This document shows positions 47,963 to 59,544 of a stretch of DNA of 63,133 bases, one piece after another. The notes beneath the pieces are model-generated. The model was given only the letters and a program-made list of their open reading frames with translations, was not told where the DNA came from and did not search any database. Both the position numbers and the translations under genes were made by a program. Numbering within the stretch: position 1 is the first letter of the stretch; each line of letters starts with the position of its first letter. Location: assembly GCF_000372725.1 (NCBI RefSeq), contig NW_005201259.1:31942-95074 (forward strand), in the 5' to 3' direction. The DNA is from Emiliania huxleyi CCMP1516. Lineage: Eukaryota.

Positions 47963-49648
47963 ATGCCGTCCGCGCCAGCTCGCACCACCGTCATCGCCAG
48001 CAACCGCACGCCCTACACCGCCACCCTGTGCTGGTGCAGCGAGGGCGCCGAGACTGCCTACGGTCAGCCACTTGCACCTGGGGAAGTGCGAATGCAGGAG
48101 ACGTTCGTCGGGCACTGCTGGCGGCTCCACTGCGAGGGAGGCTCTGTCGAGCACGTGGCGACCGTGTCCGAGCACAAGCTCACGCTCGAGTCTGCGGCAC
48201 CGGCGCCGGAGCCAGCGCCAGAGGCTATAGCGCACGAGGCAGAGGCTGAGATGGCCGCAGCGTTCTACAAGCAGAGCGCCGAGGTCGGGTGCGCCGGGCT
48301 GACGGTGCGTGCGTCCGACGTGGTCGCATCAGGCGCGGTGCTCGCCGCCGCCGCAATCGCACGCGAGATGCTTCGACACAGCCCAGAGGCGGTCACGAGT
48401 CGGTTGGCTGTGCAACGGTGCTCGATCTCCGTCATTGGGAGGGAGCAGCTGACGAGCGACATCCCGGAGCACCGCGCGCACGCGCTCAGCGCCCAGCGCA
48501 CGCGCGAGCCGGCGCCTGAAGCTCCCGACTCGCGCGATCCGCCGAAATCGGCGGACGACATCCGCCGCGAGGCGATGGCGGCGGCGATCAAGCCACGACT
48601 TGAGCGCTGCGACTCTCGCCAGCTCGCCGGTGTGCGGCTCTCCCGCCACCCCCAACCCGAAAACGCCTTGCAGCCTGACCCATAGTCGACCTCACTCCAG
48701 GTGTGCTCTACGACCTCGTATCTCGTGGGCTCCTCTCCGACGTGGCCTTGCGCGGCGCGCTTGACCGCTGCGCGCCTGTCGAAGCCGTGCAGCCGCAGGC
48801 AGAGGCGACGCCGCTGGAAGCGGCTGCGGAGGAGGTGGCGGAGGCGGCGAGCACGGCCGACGCTGCCGCCCCCGGGGAGCCTGAGCCGCGCGCCGAGAAG
48901 AAGCAGCGCGAGGGCCTGAGCGAGATCGACGCGACCACGCGCGGGCTCGGCGGCGGAAGGGTCGTCTCGTGCGGCGAAGAGAACCTGCTCGACATTGCGG
49001 CGGACCCGTGGTTTCGCGACGAGAGCGTGCTGTGCCACGAGCTGGGCCACACGGTCATGAACCTCGGCCTCAGCGAGGTGTGCTCGCCCGCGCAGCCGCG
49101 GCATGGAAATGCGCCCGCAGTGTCGTCACCCCCGGACAGACTCACTTCACCCCTCCCCTCCACCCTCTTTGATGAGGTGAGGTGAGTCTTGCCGAGGTTA
49201 GGAAGCGCGGGAGCTCATCCGAGCGGCACACGCGGACGCGATTGGGCGCGGCCTCTACCCATCGCACTGCTACATGGGGTGCAACGCCGACGAGTATTGG
49301 GCGGAGGGGACGCAAGCCTGGTTCGATGCGACGTGCCGCACTGACGTGACGGCCGGGGTCAATGCTCGCGCGCGACTGGCAGCGCACGACCCGGCGCTGG
49401 CGCTGTTGCTGCGGCATGCTTACGGCGACGGAGCGTGGAGGTTTACGCAGGGCGTCGGCGAGGCTACGCGAGAGAAATGGCGCAGCAAGCAGCTTGGCGC
49501 TGCTGCTGCCGTGGCTGGCGCGGTCGCAGGGAATGGGAGCGCTTTGCCGCCGCCGCCGAGGGCGATGGATCCGGCAGACACGGAGGCGGAGGATCAGATG
49601 ATGGCGATCGCGATCGCGCAAAGCTTGGAGGGGATGAGCCAAACCTAG
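47963..49648 (+). CDS. Zincin-like metalloprotein with N-terminal VHL-beta-like domain and C-terminal UIM-like motif (spliced)
   Basis: QETFVGHCW (VHL-like), RGLGG, EENLL, HELGH, EYWAEGTQAWF and EDQMMAIAIAQSL. Confidence 0.72.
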
Positions 49649-50110
49649 CTACTGTACGAGTTATCGTGACTCGCGATCTCGTCGCCGAGATATTCCGCGC
49701 GAACGTGTGTGTGATGCGTGTGCGCAGCACGGACCACGGCGGTGAGACTGAGAGAGCTCTCAGTCCTCTCTTGTTCTCTCGCTCCTGAGTGCGGTCCTGC
49801 TCCTAGATGGGGGTGAGAGTGTGAGACGTGAGAGCGGGCCCCGTCGCCGTCCGCGCGCCAAACGTCACAAAAAAGACTGAGGCGCCCCGCCTCTTTTCCA
49901 AGCGTTTTATTACATGTATCGCTGGACCGCGCTTGCGTGTGCAACGACGTATGTGTATTCTCAGTCGGTCGTCGGTCGTCGTGTGTGGTAGCGCTCTCTA
50001 CCGCGGTGCTGGCGCTGGTATGCCGGCAGCGGCGAGCGCCGCCTCGAGCTCTGCGACGCGCGAGAGAGCCGCCTCAAGCTTCGGCCTACAGTGCATTCAG
50101 ATGGGTGCGT

Positions 50111-50444
50111 TCACCTCCTATACTCGCACGCCGAGGTGCCGCGGCAGCGCCACCTCAATCGCTCGAGCTCGCGCCGCTCGAGTAGGCTGAGCGGCGGCGC
50201 TGGTGCCGAGCCGTCGACATTGCGCTGATCAATGACGGAGGCTTCAAAGCCGGCAGCAGCAACGGCGGCGGTCAGGGCGTCGCCGCATAGCCCCGCGGCG
50301 CCACTCACTATCGCGCAGCTTTCCGCATACACCACCTCCGCGTAGGCCACGCCCGTCACCGCGCGCAGAGCGGTGCGCACAGTGCCCGAGCAGCCCTCGC
50401 AGCGAAGGCCCGACAGAGACAGAGTGAAGCAAACAGCTGCTCCG

Positions 50445-50475
<31 letters not shown>

Positions 50476-53286
50476 TAGCGACGGGAGTAGCAACGGCGTG
50501 GGGCACTGCCGGAGAATGCGGCACCGGGGGCGGCGGCGGCTTGTGTGACGGAGGGTTCGGCGTGGCCGGCGAGAGAGATGGGCGACCGAACGGGGGACGG
50601 GGCGCAGCCGCCGCGAGCTGGGCCGGCGGCGGCGGCGGCGGCGGCGCCATCGGCGCGAAGAGGCCGCCCGGCAAGCAATCGGCCAGCGTCTTCTCCTGCG
50701 CCTCCTGCTCTGCCGAGCGCTCCGCCGCGCGCTCCGCCGCGCGCTCCGCCGCCAGCTGCAGCGCCTCCGCCTCGGAAGCGGTGAGTGACCCCAGCGCCTC
50801 CGCCTCCGCGCCTCGCGGCTCGGGACTGCAGTACCTCGACAGCGCGGCGGAGAGCGCGGTGTCCCCGTCCGCGATTGAGAGAGCGGACGAGAGCGTGGCG
50901 AGCGTGGCGGAGAGGCCGGCGTCGTCCGGCCACCCGAGCGTCTCCCGCAACATCGCCAGCCCCTCCGCAACGAGTCGCACCAGCTGCGTACGCCGCAGCG
51001 CGCCGCCACCGCCGCCGTGGCCGCCGCCGCCGCAACAACTGGCAGCCTCGCCGCCCTGGCCGCCACCCCCCCCGCCGCCAACCAACCCCTCGCCCCCATC
51101 GGCGCCGCCGTCGTCCGGTGCGGCGGTGCGGGAGGCGCGCTCAATCGCGCGGAAGGCGGTGCGGAAGGCCGCGAGGTTCGGGCGGGCGCCGGTCGCCTTG
51201 TGCTGGCTGATTCCGGCTCGCGTGCCCCGCTGGCAGAGGGACTCGAGCAGCAGCCACGCCTGCTTGATCAGCCGGCGAGATACAGCCGAGGGACAGCCGA
51301 GGTATAGTCGAGGTTCAGCCGAGGTACAGCCGAGGCAAAGCCGAGATAAGCCGCGATATAGCCGAGGTAAAGCCGAGGTAAAGCCGAAGTAAAGCCTGCT
51401 CGATGAGCCCCGCGTTGCAGTGCGCGTCGACGAGCGTGCTGATCGTGATGGAGTCGGGCGCCAAGCCGCGCATCGCCATCTCTTGGAAGAGTCGCATCCC
51501 TTCGGCGGGCTTGCAGCACCGGCACGGAGTGCAGTGGCACACGCCGCTCGTCCGCCGGCAACGGCAGCGCGCGTAACCCTTGATCAGCACCTACGGGGGT
51601 ACCCACGACGCGTCCACGGGCGCCTGCAGCGCGCGCGCGGCGCAGCCCGCCCGCGGGGAGGCGTGCGTTGTAGATGGCGCCGGAGAGCTTGAGCGACGGC
51701 TCGTACTGCCGCGCGAGGCGCTGCGCCTCCTCGACCCTCCCCGCCTCGCACCACGCGTCCATCACCTGCACGCGCGGGAGGAGGGCAGCCGGCGAGGGCG
51801 GGCACGATGCGGCGCAGTGCAGCCCGGCCGTGGACGGGGACGTGGGCACCGCCCAGACACGGGGGGAGAGCTGCTCTCGGTGCAGCGACGGCCGCCTCCC
51901 CCGAGTCTAGGGCGGGCTGCCGTTGTGAGCGAAGTGACCGACACCTCGAGCCCCGCGGCCTCGAGCTTCTGCAGAGTCTCCTGCAGAGGGGAGGGGGAGG
52001 GGGAGGGGGATGAGCCGGCGGAAGAAAAAGCTGTCGCGGGAGAGACGCGCCTCGGCCGCCACCGGCTGCGGGGGCACCGCAGACGCATACCCCTTGAGCA
52101 GCAAGTTGTACATCTGCGTGTCCGCGACGAGGCCGAGCGCCTGCGCCTCCGCCATCAGACTCTCCGCCGCGGCGAGCTGCGGCGGCCGCTGCGAGACGTA
52201 GGCGTTCATCACCGTCGAGAAGGCGGGCACCTCGATGCGGCATCCCTCCGCAACCATCGCGCGGAGCGTCTCGTCCGCGCCCGCGGCATCGCCGGCTGAG
52301 CAACGCGCCTGCAGCCGAGATGCCGCCGAGATGCTCGCCGAGATGCCGCCGAGATGCCGCCGGTGCTTGGCAGAGGAGGGGTGAGGCGGCTGGGAAGGGC
52401 ACCCGCCTAGCGTGCCCCCTGTGAGTGTGGCAGGTGCGTGGCAGTGCGTGGCAGTGCATGTCAGTGCATGTCAGTGCGGCACTGAGCGGCACTGAGCGGC
52501 ACTGAGCGGCACTGAGCGGCACTGAGCGGCACTGAGCGGCACTGAGCGGCATTGAGTGGCATTGAGTGGCTGGGTGGCGCTGTGCGGCTTGGTGGCGCTG
52601 CGCGGCATGCTCAGGGCCGCGGCGCACCTTGAGCAGGAGCGAGTACGAGCGATCGTCTGGCTTCACGTCGCCCCGCATGTGCCGGTCGAAGAAGGCCGCG
52701 GCGGCGAGGTGGTCGCCTAGGCCGGGGTTCTGGGGGTGGGTGCACCGCCGGGGGCGGGCAGGCGCGAGCTGCCCCCGGGCCCACCTGCGTTAGCAAAGGC
52801 GTTGAGCGCCGCGTTGCAGACGGTGACGGAGAGCGAGAGCCCCCTCAGCAGCATGTGCTCGATGAGGGGGGGCACTTCCGCGGGCGCGAGAAAGCGCATG
52901 ATCGCCGAGTAGACGCGAGCGTCCGCCGCGCCCGCGGCCTCTGCTCGGTGCAGGATTCGCCACGCCGCAGCCAGGTCGCCGGAGAGCCCGTACGCGTCAA
53001 TGAGCGTGCAGAAGGAGCAGCCGTCGGGCTCGAGCCCCCAGCGCCGAAATTCGCGATCTAGCGTCGCCTCCGCCGCGTCCGGACGCCGCGCGTTGCGGTA
53101 GCATTTGAGAAGTGTGTTGAGCGTCACGAGAGTCGGCGCGAGGCCTTCGCCCTCCATCGCATCGAGCAAGGCCCGCGCGCCCGCGACGTCGCCGCGCTCA
53201 GCGCACTCGCGGTTGAGCCGCTTGGTGTAGTGAATTACCGCGTCGGACGGCCTGCCGCGCCTGGCCCCGGAGCGTGGCGGCGCCAT
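50111..53286 (-). CDS. Pentatricopeptide-repeat protein with C-terminal heavy-metal-associated (HMA) domain (multi-exon)
   Basis: PPR motifs PTLVTLNTLLKCY, PDGCSFCTLIDAYG, DTQMYNLLLKGY and PDSITISTLVDAHC. HMA motif LSGLRCEGCSGTVRTALRAVTGV...AAGFEA. Confidence 0.75.
52475..52570 (+). repeat. 10-bp intronic tandem repeat (actgagcggc)n
   Basis: About 8-9 copies inside a PPR gene intron. Confidence 0.93.
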
Positions 53287-54623
53287 TTGCAAATCGTGGG
53301 AGTGGCCGGGGTCGAGAAAAGAGAAATTTGCCTCCGCGAGCCGCCCGCGACGGTTGCACTCGTGCGACGTAGCGGGGGGCCACAACTTGCATCACGAAAA
53401 CACAAGTAGTCCCGCGAGGTGTGAATTGGCCGCCCCAGTAGCCCCCTTTCCAGTGAGTGAGTGAGTAGTCTTGATACGAAACCACGACGACACACACCAG
53501 TCGACTCGTATCGGTTGCCTCCATGAACGGCGGAGCTATTCTCGCGCCCACACCACACCTGGCTCCAACGTGGACACGCCCATAGCTGGGGACACTACTA
53601 GGTCATGCATGGCATCAGAAGTTTTATCTCTGGGCCCCGAAAGGCATCTCTAGCAGCGTCGTTACGCATGCGCCCTCCCCTCCTGGGCGCATGCGCCTCA
53701 CATCTCGCCAGAGCATAAGCCCTTGGTGTGCGGCGAGACGAGTTTTTCGCCATCGCCGCGAGCAGCAAGCCGCCCGCCACAACAGCCGGAGGCATCGCCA
53801 CGGCACTGACTGCGCCGCGATCCCGCACCCGTCGACGAAGCTCCCCCCGCGGAAGACCGCGCGTAGCGACGCCTTGACGATCGAGATGAGCGCGCTCGAG
53901 GCTCGCCCACCTACTGCCCCTGAGAGTTGGTTACTGAGTGGGATCAGCTCCCCCCCTTGGGATCGAAGCCGCCACAACCTCACACCCAACATCACAGGTG
54001 GGATCAGAGAGAGACTCCACACCGGACACCGCCCGGGCACAGACTCCCTACCCATCGGATCGCGCAGGGCCCCCTCGGAGCAGCCCACACACAATCACGC
54101 ATCGGCAGAATTAGTGCCTGAGTCAGGCAGACAGCACAGACAAGGAGGAGAGAGAGAGGAGAGAGAGGAGAGAGAGGATAGAGAGGAGAGGGGAGAGGGT
54201 GAGGGCGTGTGCACACGTGTGGAGAGGGAGGGTGTCTGTGGTGGGCTGTAGTCCTACTACGTGGTTACAACCACGCGCCCCTCAGGAGCTAAGGTAGAGC
54301 TGAGCGTCCAAGACGCCTCGGTGCCTCCCACCGGTGTGAACCCATCCGGATCTCGATCGGGTTCGCCCTCCGGACGGACCCGTCCCCGCGATGGCCCACG
54401 GTCCGCCGTCGCCTGGTTGAACCCCTGCCTCCCGGTTGAACCCCCCAGTCCTCGTACTCGACCATTAAATAAACTCAAAGGTCCACCACAGCCACCACCC
54501 TCCGCCTCCACCGTCGAGCCGCGATCGCTGCCGCCCGCGACGCCGCCCGCCGCGTCAGATGCCCGCGACGCCCGCGGCGAGTCGAGTCGGAGAGCCGAGC
54601 CGCACCAGCAGCAGCATCTGCAC

Positions 54624-54655
<32 letters not shown>

Positions 54656-56815
54656 CCAGCAGAGAGAGGCGCCAATTTTGAGGTTGCCCGAGACAGCCTG
54701 GAGATGGCCCCGTGTTGTAGCCCCGGTGCCGGCGCCTCACATCTCAGCATCCAGGGGCCGGATCCGCCGCGCAGTCGAGCAGCAGGAGCTCGGGCACAGC
54801 TTTGTCGACAAAGAGCTTGAGCAAAATTTCGGCGAAGAAGCGTCACCGGCGGCACACGCCGGGATGAATCCGGACCGATGACATTGTTCGGCACCGCGAC
54901 GGCGAGCCGCCGCGGGCCCACAGGAGGGCTCGGAGCCGCGGCACCGGTCCGCGCCGCCAGCGGGGCGAGAGCACCAGCCTACAACCTGCCGACATGGCAG
55001 TTGCGACGGCGCTTTCACACACACACACACACACACACACCCTTTCCAATTGCTTGATTTTGCGGCGCGTCCCCAGAGCGTCCCCGTCCCAAACTTGTTT
55101 GGGCGCCCCCGCGAACCGTATCTCGCAACGAATCTCGCCGTCCTCACCGGCTCACTTTGACCGACCTACCGTCCGCTCGACTGGCCGATGAAGAGCGACC
55201 CGTACGACGCGCACTTGTCGTCCTCCCTCCTCGCCACATGACGGCCGCCCCCCGACACCAACAGTCGCGCTCCGCACGCCTTCGAGGTCAGCTGCGGCCG
55301 AGCGACGATCGGCTCTCCTCCGATCGCTGGGCGCGGTCACTCTCCGGCCCATCACCCGCCTGCCGATCACCTGTCCGCCTCGCCGCGCGCGGGCCGCTCG
55401 CCTGCTCGCCACCGCCGCCGCGCTTTCCCCGCGCCGCCACGCTTCCCTGCACCTGACGGCGCTCGAGCTGCGCAGACAGACGGCGCGCTCTGCAGAGCAG
55501 CGGCCGCCCAGGCGGTCGCTGCTCCGCCCCGTCCGAATCCGTCCGCCCGCGCGTGCCGCTGCCGCCGCCGCCGCCGCTCCACCCGGTGCCCGTGTTGTCG
55601 TGAGAGTTGCTTTGTGTATGTGTGTCGTATGTATGTGGACTTATGTCACACTTGAGCCTCTATCTATGATTAGTAGACCGGTCTCGGGTTTGGATGGTAG
55701 CGGGGGGCCCCGCCGGAGGCTGGTTACTGATTCCCTTTTGGCGGCGGCTGCACATGCACAGACACACAGCCCGTTCCCCTTCCCCCTCAAGACCGCAAGG
55801 GCGAGGACACGCGCAGGCCGCACCCACTAGCGATGTGTGAGCTCTGTGTCTTGTTTTGCCAACAATAGCTACACTAGCGAAGCCCACAGAGTGGGAGACT
55901 CCTATCACCGCCCCTGCCACCCACGGCGTGACCGTGACGCGTGAGCCTTGGCCGCCTCAGTCAGTGTGCCCGTGATAGTGAGAGACTGCCAGTGAGAAGC
56001 CGGAGGAAGGTCGCTAGTCGAGAGAGATCGCCAGTGGAATAGGGAGTCCACCGTGCTGCGAACCTGTCGCTGTCCCTTTTGTCAGTAGCAGGAGAACTAG
56101 GAGAGCGCAACCAGTAGGAGGCCCGCGCCTGCCCCCGTGCCGCCGGGTGCAACTTTGTCCTATACGAGAGGGGAATCCCTGGGACCCTGTCGTGTGGGTG
56201 AACCCTGCCCAGCCCCCCTCCGTGTCGCGATGCGCTCCCCGCTCCCGTTCCCCTGTGTCCCTGATCGTCCTTACAAGATCCTGCTCGTGCAGGTGGGGAC
56301 CCTGTCCTTCTCCCACCCCTTGTTTGTGGTGTGTCCGTTTTATTTATTTATATGGCGGCGGCTGGCCCCGCAGGCTCCCTCCCAAGGTCGGCGCACCTCA
56401 CGGGCACCGGCGGGCACCGCGGCGGCACCCTCGGCCACACCTCAGTGGCACCTCCCCTCGGCTGGCAAGGCAGGCACCTTGGGCGGCGGGGCTGGTGGAG
56501 GGCCGGAGGAGGAGAGAAGAAGAAGGAGGAGGCAGCAGCAATGGCGGCCTGCTGTGAGGTACCTCCGCATACCGACCCCTTCGGGTCGGTGCAGCACTGT
56601 CCCAACGGATCACCCCAGGTGTCGCCATCTACTTTGATGTATCCGATGAGTGCCAGAGTGCGCCCCTCTCTGGGGGGGCGCGGGGGCCCCCGGAGGCACC
56701 GTGCGCCGCGCAGCAGTACGGAAATGGGGCTCCGGCTCCGTTAGTCTCCGTTAGCACCAACTTCCCGATTAAGTACGGTTAAGTAGAGGGCAGATTTGGA
56801 GAGAACTCGAGGAGT

Positions 56816-57240
56816 ACATACAGATAGACCCTCCAATCATCAGAAAACTCCAACCTGATCGGTCGTACTGACCGCTCGGACAGATCACTCCAGACAGCAG
56901 ACAGGCCGACGTCTGCACGCGGCCGGCCGGGCGAGAGGCTTGACACGATCCGACCCTGCGACCCTGACGCTGCTGCTCTAGCTATCAGACATGCACTGCT
57001 GACTGCTGCCACAATGTGCGACCTGTGCTGGCCCACTTGGCGGCCTTCCCGGTCAGTGGTGAGGCGCAGTTCAGAGCTGTCGATGGCGCGATGCCGCATT
57101 GGTCCCACATTGGTGACACTAGACCACAAAGTTTGCCGGTCCAGAGAGAGGCACCGGCGCTGTCCTGAGAAGGTGCGTGGTCCTTCATGACTGCCCATGC
57201 GCGCGAGGCTGTGTAGGCATAGCCTCGAGAGTGCCAGCAG
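56816..57240 (+). repeat. Dispersed repeat, copy of 18523-18936
   Basis: Direct sequence similarity. Confidence 0.85.
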
Positions 57241-57481
57241 AATCCGATCGAGGGGAATCGGAGCGAATGGCCAGGGGCGCCGCTACAGCGCTCTACACTC
57301 TACATCCTCTACACCCTCCCTCAGGCCGGGCCCTCAACGAGCGGGTCGCCGAGCGCGCCGCGCGGCTCTGGGCGTGCCGCGTCGACCCTCTCGAGCGATC
57401 GGGCCGCCTCCGGGCGCGGCGCGTCGAACGGCGCGGCCGTCAGCGAGGAATCGTCTCGTTGCTCCCTGGGCTGGGATTCGC

Positions 57482-58281
57482 GGCTAACCTCGAAATCTGC
57501 ACCTTGGATGGCTGCGCTCCCTGTTTCGCAGCCATCCGTGCTAAGGATGGCTGGCACGCCTAGATCTCAGCCATGCACTCCTACCGGATGGCTGAGAACT
57601 AGGGTCTAGGCATGCCAGCCATCCTTAATTCACATGGTTGCAATTAAAGCATCCTGGCCACTCCGCCTCCCAGCACACGCGCCATTTTGGCTGCGTTCCC
57701 GTCAGCGCAGCCATCCTCCGGCCGATGGCTGCGATGGCTGTGTCCCGGCCATCCGATCCGCCCGGCCGCATGATGGCTGGCATACAGCCGTCGCAGCCAT
57801 CGGCCGGACGGAGGATGGCTGACTGAGCTTACTATATCCTGACCAAGCGTTCCAACGCGATGGCTGAGAGATAACGACGCCAGCCATCCAGAACAAGGGT
57901 GTGGTGGCTCGCGGAGCGAGAGCAAAGCCACCTGCGCTCGTGTCGGGGGCGGCGAGAAGGCCGGGTCGAATTCGCGACAGCCATCCTCCGGCCGATGGCT
58001 GCGACGGCTGTATGCCAGCCATCATGCGGCCGGGCGGATGGCCGGGACACAGCCATCGCAGCCATCGGCCGGAGGATGGCTGCACTGGCTGGATGGATGG
58101 CAGCCAAAATGGCGTGTGCTGGTAGGGCGGAGTGGCTAGGATCCTGCAATTGCAGCCATGTATCCCAGCCATCGGGTAGGAGTGTATGGCTGAGATCTAG
58201 GCATGCCAGCCATCCTTAGCACGGATGGCTGTGAAACAGGGAGCGCAGCCGCCATCCAAGGTGCAGATCTCGAGGTTAGCC
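57482..58281. mobile_element. Mutator-like (MULE) non-autonomous foldback element with 9-bp TSD
   Basis: Long TIRs ggctaacctcga.atctgcacc... / ...ggtgcagatctcgaggttagcc. Perfect TSD gggattcgc at 57473-57481 and 58282-58290. Rich in cagccatc/gatggctg. Confidence 0.88.
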
Positions 58282-58317
58282 GGGATTCGCCACTGCGGCA
58301 GCAGCGCGACAGCACTG

Positions 58318-59544
58318 ATGGTCGCCACCGTCGACCTCAGTCCCTTCATGGCCGACGAGGGCGTCGTCGTGGGCGCGGTCCCCACTGCGTCGCAGCTAGC
58401 AGGCGCAAAGGCCATCGACCTGGCCTGCCGCGACACCGGCTTCGTCCAGGTCATCAACTTTGGCGTGAGCGCCGAGCTGCGACGCCGAGCCTTTGCCGCA
58501 GCGGAGGCGCTCTTCGCCCAGCCCGAGGAGCACAAGCGCGAGCGGCTCGCGCGACTACAGCCGGCCACAAACACTGGCTACGCGCCCGTCGGACTCGAGT
58601 CACTCAACCGAGCGCGGCCGGCCGACCTCAAGGAGGCGTTCAACCTTCGGAGGACTCGCTCGACCTCCTCACTTCTCCCGGCACTGGATGAATCGTTGAG
58701 GTGATGCCTTTGTCTGACAGGCCAGAGCTTGGGCTGAATAATTTTGCGGGCTGCCCCAACGGGTATGAGGAGACTGCGCTCGAGCTCTGGCGTGCGCTGG
58801 AGCTGGCGGCGCGGCGGTATGCGCTCGCCTGCGCGCTGGCCCTCGGCCTCGAGACCGACTACTTCCTCCGCTCGCTGCAGCGCTTCGACCTTTGCACGCT
58901 CCGCATGCCGCCCCTAGATTGCAAACGCCGTCCAGCGCTGCGCTTGGCGCGCCTCGTACTCACATGGGCGCCGAGCGCAGCGCGCGAGGCTTGTGTGCAC
59001 CCGCCGTGTAGGCATGCTACACTACCCTCCCTGCGATCCTCCGGCCGAAGGGCGCGGCCGGCAGCCGGTCTCCTCGTCTGCGATCCGCGTCGGCGAGCAC
59101 ACCGACTTTGGCGCGTACACGTTCCTGCTTCTCGGCGACGGCGCGCAGGGGCTGCAGGTCAAGTCGGTCGCTGGTGGCGAGGTCGGCGGCGCGGCGGGCG
59201 GCGAGGGTGAGGGGTGGGCCGATGTCGTGCCCGAGCCTCAGCCAGAGGGCGTGGTCGGGGCGGTGGTGAACACCGGCGCGCTGCTCGCCCGGTGGACAAA
59301 CGACGTGTGGTGCGCGACGGCCCACCGCGTCATCGTGCCCACCGCGGCCGCCGCCGCCGCCCACCGCTACAGCATAGCCTGCTTCATCGACCCCGATGCC
59401 GACTTTGTCGTCGCGGTCGACCCCCGCTTCGCGCGCCCGGGCGAGGAGTTGCGCTACCCGCCGACGACGGGGCTTGAGTACCTGATGGGCAAGCTGAGAG
59501 AAGCACAGGGCGTGCAAAAGCCTGCAGCGAGCGGGAGGGACTGA
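58318..59544 (+). CDS. 2OG-Fe(II) oxygenase, isopenicillin N synthase-like (spliced)
   Basis: ACRDTGFVQVINFGV, DLKEAF, HTD, VNTGALLARWTND, ATAHRV and RYSIACF motifs. Confidence 0.9.
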
